Assembly (NCBI GenBank): GCA_000934665.2
Contig: KZ538483.1
Span: forward strand, 1 to 64,000
Reading direction: 5' to 3'
Length of the DNA stretch: 64,000 bases
Origin: Catajapyx aquilonaris
Taxonomy: Eukaryota
The position numbers and the translations under genes were made by a program. Positions within the stretch are counted from its first letter, which is position 1, and each line of letters starts with the position of its first letter. The notes under the pieces were generated by a model. It was not told the origin of the DNA. It did no database searches and saw only the letters and a list, made by a program, of their open reading frames with translations. Of this stretch, positions 50,446-64,000 are shown in pieces.

Positions 50446-53197
50446 ATAGACATGACCAGCTCTAATTTATTGCGGCGCTTTGACTCCCAGTCTCCCCTCC
50501 ATTGTTGGGCCTGTGACAATGAGGTTGCCTGACAAGTGCCCTAGACCATTTTACAAAAAGTTGCATGAAATAAAAATGTGGTCCTCCCACCCCCCTTCCC
50601 CTATCCCCCCCCCCCCTCGGTTCTTTTGGAAAAAGAGACCCTGTGGGAGGAGCCAGGAATTATTCACAATGGAGGCCGCCATTGTTGGAGTCTCTTATGG
50701 TGGGGGGAGACCCCATGTGGAGAGTCTGTCTCCGCCTCTCCTATTTGTCTCTGTCACTATGCCGCCAAAACCTTAGCCCTGCTCCCAGCATGCACCGCGG
50801 CCATTGTCCTCCACAAACGTCCATCACCCACCTCGCCTAAGGGGGGTTTTTGCCTTCAAACACTTTCCAAAAAAAAAATTAGACAGAAATAGAAAAAAAT
50901 AGAGAAAAGGCAAGAGTTGGAAGAATCCAAATAATAGCACTATTAACTCTAAAAGTAAGCTAATTTTTGTAAACCCCAGTCTCACGTCACTATTGTTGTA
51001 ACTCGTAAACCAATAATAATTCCAGTCTCAATTTGAGCCAAAAAAGGACCCAAAATTTTGTTATTTTTAAGTTCAAATATCGCCACATAGGCTACCAAAT
51101 GTACTCAAAATATCAGTAAGCTTAATTTATTCGGCATTATGCATATTATTATTATAATAATGTAAGGAACATAACACCATCAAGCGGACAATATTTTCGC
51201 ATGAATTGGGATTGTTTTAATGTGGGTGTTTTACAATAATTGCAATGCTATTATTAAGCAACAAAATAATTGCAATTGTATTAAGCAACAAAGCTAGTGT
51301 TACTGCAAGCAATAAAATAATTGTAATGGTACACAATAATGCAATAGCAATTGTATGCAACAATGTAATTGTAATTGTATGTTATTACTACATCAAATGT
51401 GACGACATTTGTAACTTCAAAACTTTGCATTGCTACACCCGCGGTTACACCCTTACAATACCCCCCGCATTTTAAAACATATAATAACCAGTGTCGGATC
51501 CCCCTCCAACAATCAGCATACCCCATAATTATGACTTATGTCAATAAATAACACATCTAAACGTCATACCCCCATCCATAAATTCCGTCAATTTGTATCG
51601 ACCCTCCTTTAAACATATTCGCCCCTCGTAATATTTCCGATACCTCAATTAAACCATAACTGATTGGCCTCCCTGCAGGCACCTCCATTGTTGTCACACT
51701 TGAAAAGAGTCGGGCTCTAAAAATGCAAATATTCACGTGGTCAGAAAAACATCACGTTAACATTTATGAAATCACGTATTCTGGACACCAAGCACGAAGT
51801 CACCCTGTGTTTTTAAAAAAAATCTCACACAGGGAGTAAGGTGGTGGGGGTGGGAGGGAGGGAGGGCTTGTTGTGGCACTCCCTGGAGGGGGGTTGGAAA
51901 CACCGGTTGGTTACAAATCAGGCCTTCGATTCATCAGCACCATCATCATCCTCCTCATCACCATCATCATTGGGAGCCACCCTGGGCTCTTAAAGCAAAA
52001 GGGGGGGCCCAACCGGCTTCTTATACAAAAAGGACACCACTTTCTTCAAGATTTTTTTAAAAGTTGAAGTTCAGAAAAAGTGGACAGAAATTCTTGAACA
52101 AGGACCTTGTATTGAAACACAGCTCAAAGGTATAGACTGAAAATCCTGGCTTTCTGGCTAATTTTGACTTTTCGCAGGACTTATAAGACAGAAAATCTGG
52201 GCTTGCTGGCTCCTTATGAACATCCTGCTAAGTGGGACTGTCCACTGCCATTTTCCCCCCAAAAAACACAACAAGTACAATGTAGGTCGAGCCGACACTT
52301 ATCCGGCGCCTGCATATCCGCAGGGTGCCATTATGGCTAGTTGCGCCTGACTCCGCAGGGCGTCGCTCCAACAGGATACAAATGACTGAGGCTGTCCCGA
52401 AAATCCCCTCTCTTTTTTTGTTGTTGTTGTTTTGAGGGGGGGAAAGGTAATTTTTTTTTTCGGGAGAGGGGGGGTTTTCTGTGGTGCGGAACCGCTAAGC
52501 TCGAGCCGACATTTGCCGCTAATCCGGGCGCGGATTTGTCCTGTCCCTTCCGATAGATGGCACTCGCCTAACCTAGGCGCCAAATTTTCGCAACACCCTG
52601 GAATCTTCGCCAAAACCAATTGAAGCGCTTGTTACGTACAATCGGAAAATTTCCGACAATATCAACTCGAATTAAGAAATAAATGCCCGATATAATCCGA
52701 TATAAAATTTATTCATTAGTTAATTTATTTCATTTTTTTACTGCTTGTGTATTATATTACATAGCCTACATGAAAAGGAAAAAAATCGGTCTGTCCGTAG
52801 AAGTAGCCACAGCCAATCAGGGCCAATGACGTCAAATCCTCCATGAAAATCGTCACCCACAAATATCGATACATCGCGAAGGAAATACCGATATTTGGAA
52901 ATAATTGCACCTTGAAGCGGAAAAGCAGCGAACTATAGGTAAACATTAATTTAATATCAGACTGTCTCTTTTGTTATCTATCTGTCTATTTATTTTCCAA
53001 TATATTTATTATCTATGTATTTCGTTACCTCCACTAATCATACCGTATCTATTTACGTATTATCTAATATCTCTTTATCTATACTATATTATCTCTTTAT
53101 CTACCTGTATTACAATACCGGTACGGTATAATTATTATCTGTTACATTACCTATTATATTATGTTGTACATTACCGGCAACTATTACATTACATTCC

Positions 53198-53305
53198 ATA
53201 TTACAATTTATTATAAAATATTATATTACAATTTATTATAAAATATTATATTACAATTTATTATAAAATATTATATTACAATTTATTATAAAATATTATA
53301 TTACA
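53198..53305. repeat. 25-bp tandem repeat TATTACAATTTATTATAAAATATTA x4
   Basis: Perfect tandem units. Confidence 0.9.
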
Positions 53306-53344
53306 TTACCTATTATATTATCTATCTATTTATATTAGTATATT

Positions 53345-53623
53345 TATTTATTTATTTATTTTTATTTATTTATCATACCCCGTACTAGAGCCTTTGGCTC
53401 CCTTAGGGGGGGTGGATTACCACCATCGGATGGGACAAGGAATAGGGAAGGAAGGAAGCGGCTGTGGCCTATTTTGACGGAAACGACCCCGGAATTGTCC
53501 TGGAGGGGACCATTTAAAAAACCACAGAAAACCATGGTCCGGGTTGCCGGCCCCGGTATTCGAACCCAGGACCTCCCAATTAGCAGGCGGGCTCCTTATC
53601 CCCTACACCAACCTGCTTCGGTC
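53345..53623 (-). mobile_element. tRNA-derived SINE, family A, copy 2 (full length)
   Basis: Reverse complement matches the head and body of the 8546 copy; (TAAA)n tail; direct repeat CTATTTATATTAGTATATT at 53326-53344 and 53624-53642 (TSD). Confidence 0.92.
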
Positions 53624-53664
53624 CTATTTATATTAGTATATTATCAATGACATTTTGGATTAAC

Positions 53665-53761
<97 letters not shown>

Positions 53762-56681
53762 ATTATTATCTATTATATCAACTATGATATATATAATACA
53801 TACTGTTACACTGTTACACTATCTATTACATTATATATCTATGATATTATTTATGTGTTTCTTTACTTACAGTACGATATCTATTTATTTACTCTGTACA
53901 CTGTATGATAAAACTATCAACACACGTGTATTAAACCGGAGATGACATCACACCATCGTCTCCAGTATGAGAGACATGTCGTGACGAAACGTCCTGTCAC
54001 CCTCTTTATGCAAAGTAGACAACACATCGGACCACCTGAGCTAGGTTGCCTCTAGTGGCATGTCCATTTTCCACGAAAACGGTGCGTTTGACATGACTTT
54101 TTTTTTTGGGGGGGGGGGGGGAAGCTGTGAAGGATAATGATAAGACGAACATAAATTAAATTAATCTTTAAAAATGCATGGAGCTTCGGTGCACCGCAGN
54201 GAGACTGTGCAAGAAAAGGCGGTAGGTTTTTACTTTCGGGGGTCACCACAGGGGGTCGCTTTTTGGAGACTAGGGCAGCCAGGATGGAGAGGGGGAGGGG
54301 GATGGGGGGGGGAGCAAGGGCAACGCATATAAGGGGGAAAAAGGGTCGCCATGACAAGCAAAAGGTTCCCGGCAACACGAGTCCCTTGTCAGAAGCGCCG
54401 GGGGTAACCCCCTGTCACGTGTCCTTTGGCGCCCCCCGATGTGACCTCTCACCTAACCACAAAAAATATATATAACGAGGGGAAGGGGGGGGGGTCAATT
54501 TTATTTTTTAAAAAAGCGCGTGTCAATTGACTGGAGGTGTCATTTGACCAGTTCACTCTGAAGGAGTCGTATGTGAAGTACCTAGCAACAATTGGGATTG
54601 TCGCACTTGCACGAAAATGATGCAACCTAATAAGCAGCGAATACTCTGGATAACCACTAAGAGTAACTGCGAAATAACTTATATGGTAAATATATTTCAA
54701 AGAAAAATTAGTTAACAAGCAAATGGTATGACAATAATCGATTTTAAAAAATTGTGCATATAAAATAAGCGATTGTTTGAAATAGTCATTGATTTAAATA
54801 TATCTGAAACAAAAATTGATTTAAATATATCTCGAACAAAAATTAAGTTAAAATGTATATCAAAACATATTGAATTAAAATGTACCATGTGGCTACAAAG
54901 TTGTCAAAATATGTAGCTACAAAATAAATATTAAAAGGTGTCTAGCTACAAATTAATTTACAATGTTTCAATATAAAGCCAATTGAAATATCTAATATGT
55001 CAAATTATATGCTAATTTAGAGTGAATTAAAAAGAGAAAAGTAATTAATATGAAAATTAGCTAAAATAATTGATTGATTTGAAAAAATGAAAATAAAAAT
55101 TCATAAATTTGAACACATTTCAAAAAAATTGCATTAAAATCTATCAATTCACAATATATCAGAAAAATTAATTAATGTAGCCTACAAAACATCCACAATG
55201 AAACAGTTATTTTTAAAATAGCCAGTTTCGTGCAAAAATCGCTAACCACTAATATCACTGTTCACATTCACAGACACATTTGACTATTATTTCAAAGGAC
55301 ATTGCAGTATAATATACCAACCCATGAATTTTTCCCCAAAAAATTCAACCTGAATTTGGACTCAATTTTTTTCCCCCCTGCACCTTATGTCATGGTGCAT
55401 CTTAAGCCTGAGGCGACACTTGTCACTTGAGGGTGCAAATCGAATCGTTTTGATTTCCGGCTCGACGCGTCGACGGCGTCGATCAAACACGTCCCGACGC
55501 TTTTGTCAACCCAATCCCCCCCCCCTCCACACATGTATTTTTTTCCACCCCCCCCCTTTTTTTTAGAGGGATGTGTGTGTGTGTGGGGGGACTGCAGCGG
55601 ACGCCTACCACGTGCGCAGTTTGCACACGTTTAATGTTGCACGAAGAGCGTTTTTTTTTTTTTTTGCATGCGTGGCGGTAACCAAGCGTAAATCGGATTC
55701 CAGGCTCGCAAAAAAAAAAAAAAAACTAGGGTTTTTTTTTACACAAAAGAGAGGGTGGGGTTGTATTCCAATTTTTGCGCGAAAAGTTCCCATTTTTTAA
55801 TGAGGATTCATAAGCGGCGCCTAATTGGTCGACTCCAATTGAGCTAAATTGTATTCAAGTAGTTTGTAATACAGGTTTTCAGTTGGGTGATGAGATAAGT
55901 CAGGTTTATGACGGTTGTTTAAATAGACGTTTCGCAAAACGGGTTATGTGTGCAAGTCTCATTGCCAACATTGCATAATTGCTAAATGTGTCAACAGTCG
56001 CAAAGTCGACTGGAGTCCAAACATACTTGAATAATTAAATTTGCAATATTTCATTACAATAAATATCATTGTATAATATACAGTACAGTATACAATAAAT
56101 ATAATACAAGGTGCGGAGTAATGACTTCAAAAAATATCATACAATGCGCAATAAATATCATAAAAGGTGCGGGGAAATAATTTAAAGGTATATATATTAA
56201 TACAAAAATAATATTTTTTGCTCTACATTGTTTGTTACGCTCTAACAAACGATGGGGGTCTACACGTTCGTAAGGAAGTCATCAGCTAATTATAATAATT
56301 TATTATTAATAGCGGCTAGTAATAATTTATATGTAAAACATAAAAACATGCCCTGTACTCTTACAACTTAAAAAGATGTACCGGTACGTAATTAGTAAAA
56401 AAAAAGTGATTTTGGATATTGCAATAATATGTATCAAGTTTCGCTGAAGAGCTAGAATGTAGCTATTATTGACCAACTAATATCGTTGCCACTTCTATAT
56501 TTGGTAGACGATAATATTTGGAGCAGCGGATAGAACATAACACGTTTAAAATAACTAATTCAATTCGTAGCTAAAATGACGTTTTATAAGTTACTTGTAG
56601 GCGAGTAGAGTAACTCATTTTTGACATAACCGCTATATGTTCTTAGTTTATTGAAAATTGCTATATAATTACTAAAATATT

Positions 56682-56739
56682 CACATGTTTGTCATTATCT
56701 TCATTACATTCACTTAATGAAGATAATGACAAACATGTG
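56682..56739. repeat. Perfect hairpin, 25-bp stem, 8-nt loop
   Basis: CACATGTTTGTCATTATCTTCATTA-CATTCACT-TAATGAAGATAATGACAAACATGTG. Confidence 0.93.
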
Positions 56740-59360
56740 CTCGGTGATCACCTTTATTATTATGTTAAATATTATAATAAATATTAAAGACACAAAATAA
56801 TATGTCCCAAGTTATCGGCTTGGGAGAAAACTTGTTAACCGGCAGTGGCTGTTAACGCAATTTTCTCCCCAACTTTTGCCTTCAATTTTCGTCACATTTT
56901 GACTTTCGGTCATGACTGCCATGCCGAGCCCCGGCCTTTTCAATCATCCTGCTACCTCTAGGCCACCTCTAGGCCACAACCAGGCATTTTTTTGGCCAGT
57001 TTTGTTTTTGACAAGAGCTCCTGATCCGGTGTCACATATGCCAAACATCATATATAAAGACAAAGGATATATGGAGGGGGAAAACAAAATCCATTGGGTC
57101 ATTCACATTATAAAGAAGGTTAATGATGATTATCTGCTTAACCGGACCGATGAAAACTGGTTGTAGGAAGTTGTTGAAATGTGCATGTTTTGGGTTTGGC
57201 AGAGACATATAGGTATCGGGGCTGACGGGACGTATCGATCCAATATGTTATCGAATATCTGTCATTTGGAAAGGGGGGATTGGGGGGGAAACTAGTGCGT
57301 GTGACCTTTCAAGTGGACTGATCTCTCTCCCCCCCTTCAACTCCCATACTATCCAATCAATCCCCCCCCTCCCCCCCCGCCCTTTTCCTAACCACCTTTT
57401 GAATCTTTCAAGCTGTGGGAAATGAGATCCGAAGCTCTCCTGTCAATCCGACATCCTGGCACATATCGACTTTTTCTCTCTCTCTGATAGACCTCCAGCC
57501 CCCCCTCACTCTCTTTTTTTCCCCCACAACATGGCCAATTTTCCCTAGACCTCTGCAGACATAGATTCCTAGATTAAGTTCTGATCGACTTGGCTGGATC
57601 AAATGGCCGCATGAAATTATTGTGGGAAGCATGCACGCACCACACTGTAATTCATGGCCGCCATGTTGAATTTACACCAAATTTGCATATTTTTTTGAAA
57701 GGGTAATACGTATGCTACATGTACAGTGAATGAACTATTATGTTTTAAATATATTGCTTTAAACCATAATATTTAGTTTATTTGCACTGGTGCTGTTATC
57801 CACAAAATTTTGTTTCTTTAGTTGTCGTTGTTTACACTATTATAATTTATAATATTTTGTGTACAGTATTTAACTTATATCTAATGTAATTTTTTGAGAT
57901 TTTGGTATTTAAACTATTACAGTAATGTTTATTTTCACTATCATTATTCATAGACCTAATGTTTCTAACTTATATACTTTTTCTCCCCATACAATTTCAC
58001 CTGCTGGGCAAGAGTGAGCTTGTTATTTTCCCCAGTGACAATCTAATCTGGGCCTGGCTTTTTTGACGTCTAACCACACATTGTCAGTCCAGCAAACGTC
58101 GACAAGACGTCAGAGTTTGAACAGTCCGCATTCACTAATCGCCCCACTGTGCTAACATTTGACCAAACGGTCAACGCCCCGTATCTTTGGGACAATTTTG
58201 ATTTCCCCCCCTCCAACAATGTACACACAACCATGGGTTTGGACACCCCTCTCGGACAGGTAGATTTCTTTTCTCTCTCTTTTTTTTCTTCTCAAACAAT
58301 ATCCATGGGGTTATGTCCCGAATGGTTTTGCCATTTTCAAACCCCAAATTTTGTGGCAATGCAAATGACATGTTTATCGCTGCTGATGCTGGTTGGGGGG
58401 GGGGGGGGAGAGAACTGAATATTTACATCATGAATAATATGTAGTTCAAGCCCCGCCTAGGACTCCGGCGAATATAAATTTATGTACACTACATTATAAT
58501 GTTATTGAATACATTTTGCATTATTCATCCGGGATTTGGCCCTGATTATAATAGGGGCGTTACTATCGAATTACCGGGGAACTGGTGGGGAGGGGTTGCA
58601 CTGTGTACATGTACAAACAAAATAGTTGTGAAATGCAGATATGATTACATGGTACCGTGGACGTATCACTATAAAAGCAACGAGGTACATCACTTGTAAT
58701 GCTTAATTAAAAACCTATAACACCACCGCCAACAGAAAAATAATTATAATTACAGTTATTACAAAAAAAATTACAATATAGTTGTTTACCTAATTATAAT
58801 CCTTGTTTCAATAAATACAATAGCTGCTTCAGTAAATATAAAATGAGCTATTATAATAATTAATATAGTTAATTCAATCATTGTGGCAGTTGGTTCAATA
58901 TATAATATTACGATATTTGTTTCAATAAATACAATAGCTGCTTCTGTAAATACAATAGCTGCTTTAGTAAATATACTGAATAGCTATTATAATAATTAAT
59001 GTAGGTAGCTATTTCAATAAATGTAGCAGTTGGTTCAATATAATATTACGATATTTGTTTCAATAAGTATATCTGTAATAGCTTGTTCAGTAAATATAAT
59101 AGCTTGTTCAGTAAATATAATAATTATTGTAATAAATATAATAGTTATTGTAATAAATATAAAATTGTTTCAATGAATGTAATAGTTGTTTTCATACATA
59201 TATAGTAACAGTTTCAATAAATATTACAGCTGTCTCAATAAATATAATACTATTTCAATAAATGCAATAGTTGTTTCAATAAATATAATAGTTATTATAA
59301 TTGTACGTCTGAAAAATTTAAACTGTTACCCTCTTACCCCTCCTTCACTATATCACATTA

Positions 59361-59430
<70 letters not shown>

Positions 59431-60997
59431 TGGGTTATTACAAAAATGTAGTTGTTTCATGGATATCATAGTTATATTAGTTATTTCAATCACATTGTAA
59501 TAGTTATTCTAATTATACATTTCACACAAAAAAATTAAAAATTATGACCCTGGTCTCCTCCTTCACTATATTAAATTAATAACCTCCCAAACATTTCCAC
59601 AAGCGAGCTAAATGACTTATCACAAGTCCACAAACCTGTAATGGCATGGAGAAACCCTGTCCGAACATACTGTGAGGGTTTGTGTTGGAGTTGAGACCGA
59701 ACAAGTTGGGGTAAGGTATGGTGTTTGGAGGGGGGTCCATATCCAGCAGACCAAGGGGTTTGTTGCTGCTGGGGGTAATGGTGGTGGTGGTGGTGGGTTT
59801 TTTTTGGTGGAGGTAAAAGAAGAAGAAGAAGAGGGTACCCCCCCTTCCAACCCCTCGGTTTTGTTGAACACGCACGAAAGCATTCGGGTGGTGATTTATA
59901 ACAAAGCCTAGAGGCGGACACCTTTTTTCCACTGAGCACCATTGTACATTGGATAAAAGAAGGGAGCCCTTGCCGAGAAGCTCATCCTTTTCTTTTTCAA
60001 AAATTTTTTTTGGGGGTGTGTGTGACAAACATATCCTTGTTGTTATTGTTGTTATTATCCGCCGCGTTATGGAGTCTTCACACCCACACCACGCAGCGGC
60101 GACATTTGACAGGCTTCAACGCGTGTCACATACTGTTTGGATTTTTGGGGTCGTAAAAAAAAGGTGTCAATTAGAGCGGAAAATGTTATGGTTTTATGCT
60201 AAAAACCTGATGCCCTGAGATATGCGGAATATTGTCTGTGGTCCAGCAGTATTCTTTCAGATATACGCTGAGATGTTATCAAAATTGCAAAAAAATAAAT
60301 ATTGTTTGGAATGATCAAAACTTTCTTATACACATGGAAAATTAGCGTGCGATAAAAGCAAGGGGGTGGGCATGAGAATCAATATACTTTATTGATGTGT
60401 GTGTGTGCCCCGGTGTATGAATTCGCATGGGTGGAGGCGTAACTGATATGTTGGGATAGGTCAAACTATAATGTTTTTAGGGTTCGGTGGAACAGAGACC
60501 TTTTCCCAGCTTTCCAAAACAAAAAAACGGATAGAAATTGACCAAAAAATTCCAGCACACCTGCTATGAAGTAACTTCATATTTTCAATGTTAAACATGC
60601 CAAATTTTACAGCGAAGTGACACTGACTTGCACTTTCATTTTTGTATACACTGTACTCCGGATAATCCGTGATAATCCGGGTAAAAGTGAGGTATTTACA
60701 GGTTTTTAATGAACTACTGTAACATACGGCACTGTATTCTGCTTTAAATAAGATTTAATCAAAATTAGAAAAAAACACATTTCCTTGGATTTTTAGTTTG
60801 TCTTCAGGAAAAAGTCTGTCATATTTATTTCTTTGCGGTCAAATTTGACAATTTTTCGGACTGTTTGTTTTAGCCATCCACGGATATAAAAATATTCTAT
60901 TCACATTCCTTAATAGTTATGATCCTAAGCTGGATCAAGCCCCGCTTAGATGTTATTTTCATGTATTCCGTTGAAATCACGCGCCATTACTTCAGCC

Positions 60998-61397
60998 TAC
61001 TCTATCGTTCATTATCAGCCTGTTATGCAACCAGTACCTTTGAACCTGATGTCTTTCTGTCATGCCACCAGTGACAAACCTCATAGTGTGAACAACACGG
61101 CCTCACCCTCCTTCAACGCGACGTTCCAACCGCGCAAAATCGCGAGGCGACGCTCCCCATCCGCCATCTTGCCAAATGCCGAAAAAACCAATTCCTATAC
61201 TCTATCGTTCATTATCAGCTTGCTGTGCAACCAGGATCTATGAATCTGATGTCTTTCTGTCATGCCACCAGTGACAAACCTCAGGGTGTGAACATAACGG
61301 CCCCAGTCGCCTTCAACGCGACGTTCCAACAGCGCAAAATCGCGAGGCGACGCTCCCCATCCGCCATCTTGCCAAATGCCAAAAAACTCATTCCTAG
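60998..61397. repeat. 200-bp tandem duplication
   Basis: TACTCTATCGTTCATTATCAGC...CGCAAAATCGCGAGGCGACGCTCCCCATCCGCCATCTTGCCAAATGCC at 60998 and 61198. Confidence 0.93.
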
Positions 61398-62254
61398 TCG
61401 CTTTTTTTCTGAAAAAGGTGTGTAGTTGGGGTGCCTTGTGCACAGCATGAGACGAGTAAAGCTGTCTCCTCCTTCCTTGATGGACTCGAGGTGGGGAGAA
61501 GGGGAAAAGATCCCATCACGGTGAAGGTACCACCGCAAAAAGAAGTGCATCTTCCGGCAGTCACGAAGCAGCGCAGATGCTGCTCTCTCGCCACTTTGCT
61601 CATAAATTTTCCCCGCCGGCTTGGGATCGATGTGCCGCCGCTTCTCTTCATGCTACGTTTTTTTATGCCCTTCTCTATTCTTTTCCTCCTGCCATGCTAT
61701 TTTTTTTCTACCTCCTCCTAGTGCGAAGGATGGTCACGAAACTCTATTGGACTGGTAGCTGCTTCCGTGTCCATCTCCTCCTTAGGCGTCATTTTTAACG
61801 CCTGGGATTGAGGTCAGCTGGGGTCAAACCGCTTTCGATTGTCCTTTGTCGTAACCAGCGCCGCTTGGTGGAGGCGTTCACAACTTATGGGGGTCCGATT
61901 AATCTCGGTTTTACGGAGGGGAAACAGACAGAAAAAATAATGGCGTGCGGGAAGGAAAAATGTTTTATCATGTAGCCTTGTAACGTTGTGTAATAAGGGA
62001 ATATTTTCAAAGTAATGAACAATAGTTCGGTAGTACAGCACTTGAAGTACTGTACATTAAAAGTTATGTTCAGCAGAAAATTTAAATACCATACGTTACA
62101 AGCTATCTTCTGTCTTGTATTAAAAGTTGTATTAGTCAGAAAATTTCCCAGTTTTTTAGGTGTTACAATAATGACAGCCAAAGTGGCATTAATTATCGCT
62201 AATGTTGATTCAGGAACTACTTGTTGTCATATTATTTATTTATAATTTTTTAAA

Positions 62255-62308
62255 TATTTTTACGTTACCCCGTGATAGGCCCTTTTAGGGGGGAGGAATA
62301 CCACCATT
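62255..62308 (-). mobile_element. Retroposon 3'-tail fragment related to SINE A copy 2 tail
   Basis: Minus strand ATGGTGGTATTCCTCCCCCCTAAAAGGGCCTATCACGGGGTAACGTAAAAA resembles ATGGTGGTAATCCACCCCCCCTAAGGG...ACGGGGTATGATAAA of the 53345 copy. Confidence 0.65.
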
Positions 62309-64000
62309 TTTTCTTCAATCTTCAGATTGTTGTTATTTTAACGTAGAGTACTAATCGACTGAAAGTATGCTCAACAATGGCATCGTTTCAGTAGCAATTA
62401 GAGTAAAATAAAAATTAATGAAATGGTGAAAACCACTGAAAAAAAAACATTTCTATTGTGATATGTGGCATAACATATAACAAAAGTAAGAACTGTAAAG
62501 TCAGGCATTAATTGCGTGCTAAACTGTAGTGTGCCCACACGTACTCACATCAACATGCCATCTCGATATAGATAAAAATAGGAAATTCCTAGAAAAAACA
62601 ACAACATAAAAGTACAGTATAGCCTCTATCACCTGGCTGGTTTCACTGCAATTTCAGGTATTAAATTAGTTTTCACTATTCACAATAATTTCAGCCAAAT
62701 TTCACTATTCATAATAATTTCAGCCAAATTAGTTTTCGCCTGAAATAATCAGACTTCGCAATATTGTTATACAAACAACTGTACATAATTTCAAGACCTT
62801 TTTTTCGCCTCCTCATTTTGCATTTGTTTTCAGCTCCATTATTACGGAAACTTCACTCTTTTGTGACCGGTAGCTCAGTTCTTAAAAAATAGCCAACTTC
62901 CCATCCAGCCATAGCGAGTCCAACAGGCCATGACTTGCAGCGTGATTTGCACGTTAGGCCAAATTTTTTACGCCTTCCCACCACTAGTAGTCGGAGGAAA
63001 AAGGAAGGCATAAAAACATGGGGGTCCGTGCTGCCAATATGCTTCTGCAGAAGTACCTAATATGGCCGTTAATATTTTCTCTCTCTAGAAGTACTAGTCG
63101 TAAAAATATAGCATTTAACGCATAGAGTAGCCGTGACTGAATCACGGTCGGCCATCTTGATCAGTTTGATCCTAAAACACAAGATGGAGGTGGTCAAATT
63201 GGTTATTGGAGGTAGAGTCAAATGAGAAGCGGCAACCCAGAAGCAACATGTGGTTCTTGGGCTTTTCGCACTGACAGCTCGCAGCGCGGATGACATAATA
63301 AAAGCCGAGTGGAAATCGATGGCCTGCGTGTTGGGGCTTGGATCAGAAGAGTGGTGGCAGATTGGTGGGTGATGGTTTCAACAAAAAAAAAAAAATGGGG
63401 GGGAGAGAAGGTGAGGAAATAGCGAGTCGCCACTTCCGATCATCAATCAATCATTATGACTAGAAAATCTTGGCAGATTCAAGCTCCACCCATTTCTCTA
63501 GAGGCAATGTGTGATTGGATATCAGGCAGAAATGGGTGGAGTGCAAATTGCGAATTGACTAATCGGCTTTGTCTGTCCGTCTGTTGTTTGTCCTGATGAG
63601 TCATCGCCTTATCACTTTATATGGCCAGATATGAGCTAAAATCGCATTAAAAGTACGAAACAATAATATGGAACTAACTTGTAAGAAGGGAATGTCATTA
63701 GCAATGTCATTAGCAATAGCAACACTACAGTTTTTTTAATTTATTGCTGCGTTTTGAAGAGGAATTCGGTATAAGTGTAAATGGCAGGAATGCACTTCAT
63801 GACGGTGGGGATCTGTGTTCAAAATGAGCTCTATACCTACAGCAGAGTTTGAGTTATAGGGCGAATTTAAAAGCAGCAAGAAATTATTGGAAAAATTATT
63901 CAATGCACGGTCTTATACTTATAGGGGCTATAAAAGTACTGCGCTTTTGAATACTAGTCACTCTGTAGTTATCCATGCGGACTATTTCATACACTGATCA

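Noticed and set aside
63484..63541. 14-bp inverted repeat CTCCACCCATTTCT / AGAAATGGGTGGAG
   Set aside because: Short, no TSD or second copy seen; not enough to call an element.

Overview
Eukaryotic (animal, most likely arthropod) genomic DNA, AT-rich and repeat-dense, with two longer N gaps (11043-11074, 35382-35497). The only host protein-coding gene I can support is the 3' half of a LIM-homeobox gene of the Lim1/Lhx1-5 family on the minus strand. It has three coding exons: 49471-48900, 47077-46813 and 45262-45111 (the last is absent from the ORF track). They splice in frame through canonical GT-AG introns into ~329 aa, with the homeodomain split between residues 46 and 47 and a C-terminal ...DYMAAGW*. 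I found no LIM-domain exons; they probably lie beyond 64000, behind an intron of >14.5 kb. The ~45 kb downstream of the gene appears to be a gene desert. It and the introns contain a 5'-truncated RTE LINE, tRNA-derived SINEs, TA- and 8-bp-TSD MITEs, Helitron/HINE-like elements, perfect palindromes and many unrelated minisatellites. Notable patterns: (i) one SINE head/body carrying two different tails; (ii) a 3' stem-loop shared by four retroposed inserts, with variable inner stems; (iii) several independent satellites built on the DRE/BEAF-like word TATCGATA; (iv) a tandem CCAAT + TCACGTGA + YY1/Pho module just downstream of Lim1; (v) a ~50-bp inverted repeat in the presumptive Lim1 3' UTR. 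I found no prokaryotic system or CRISPR array, and no clearly novel protein-coding system.
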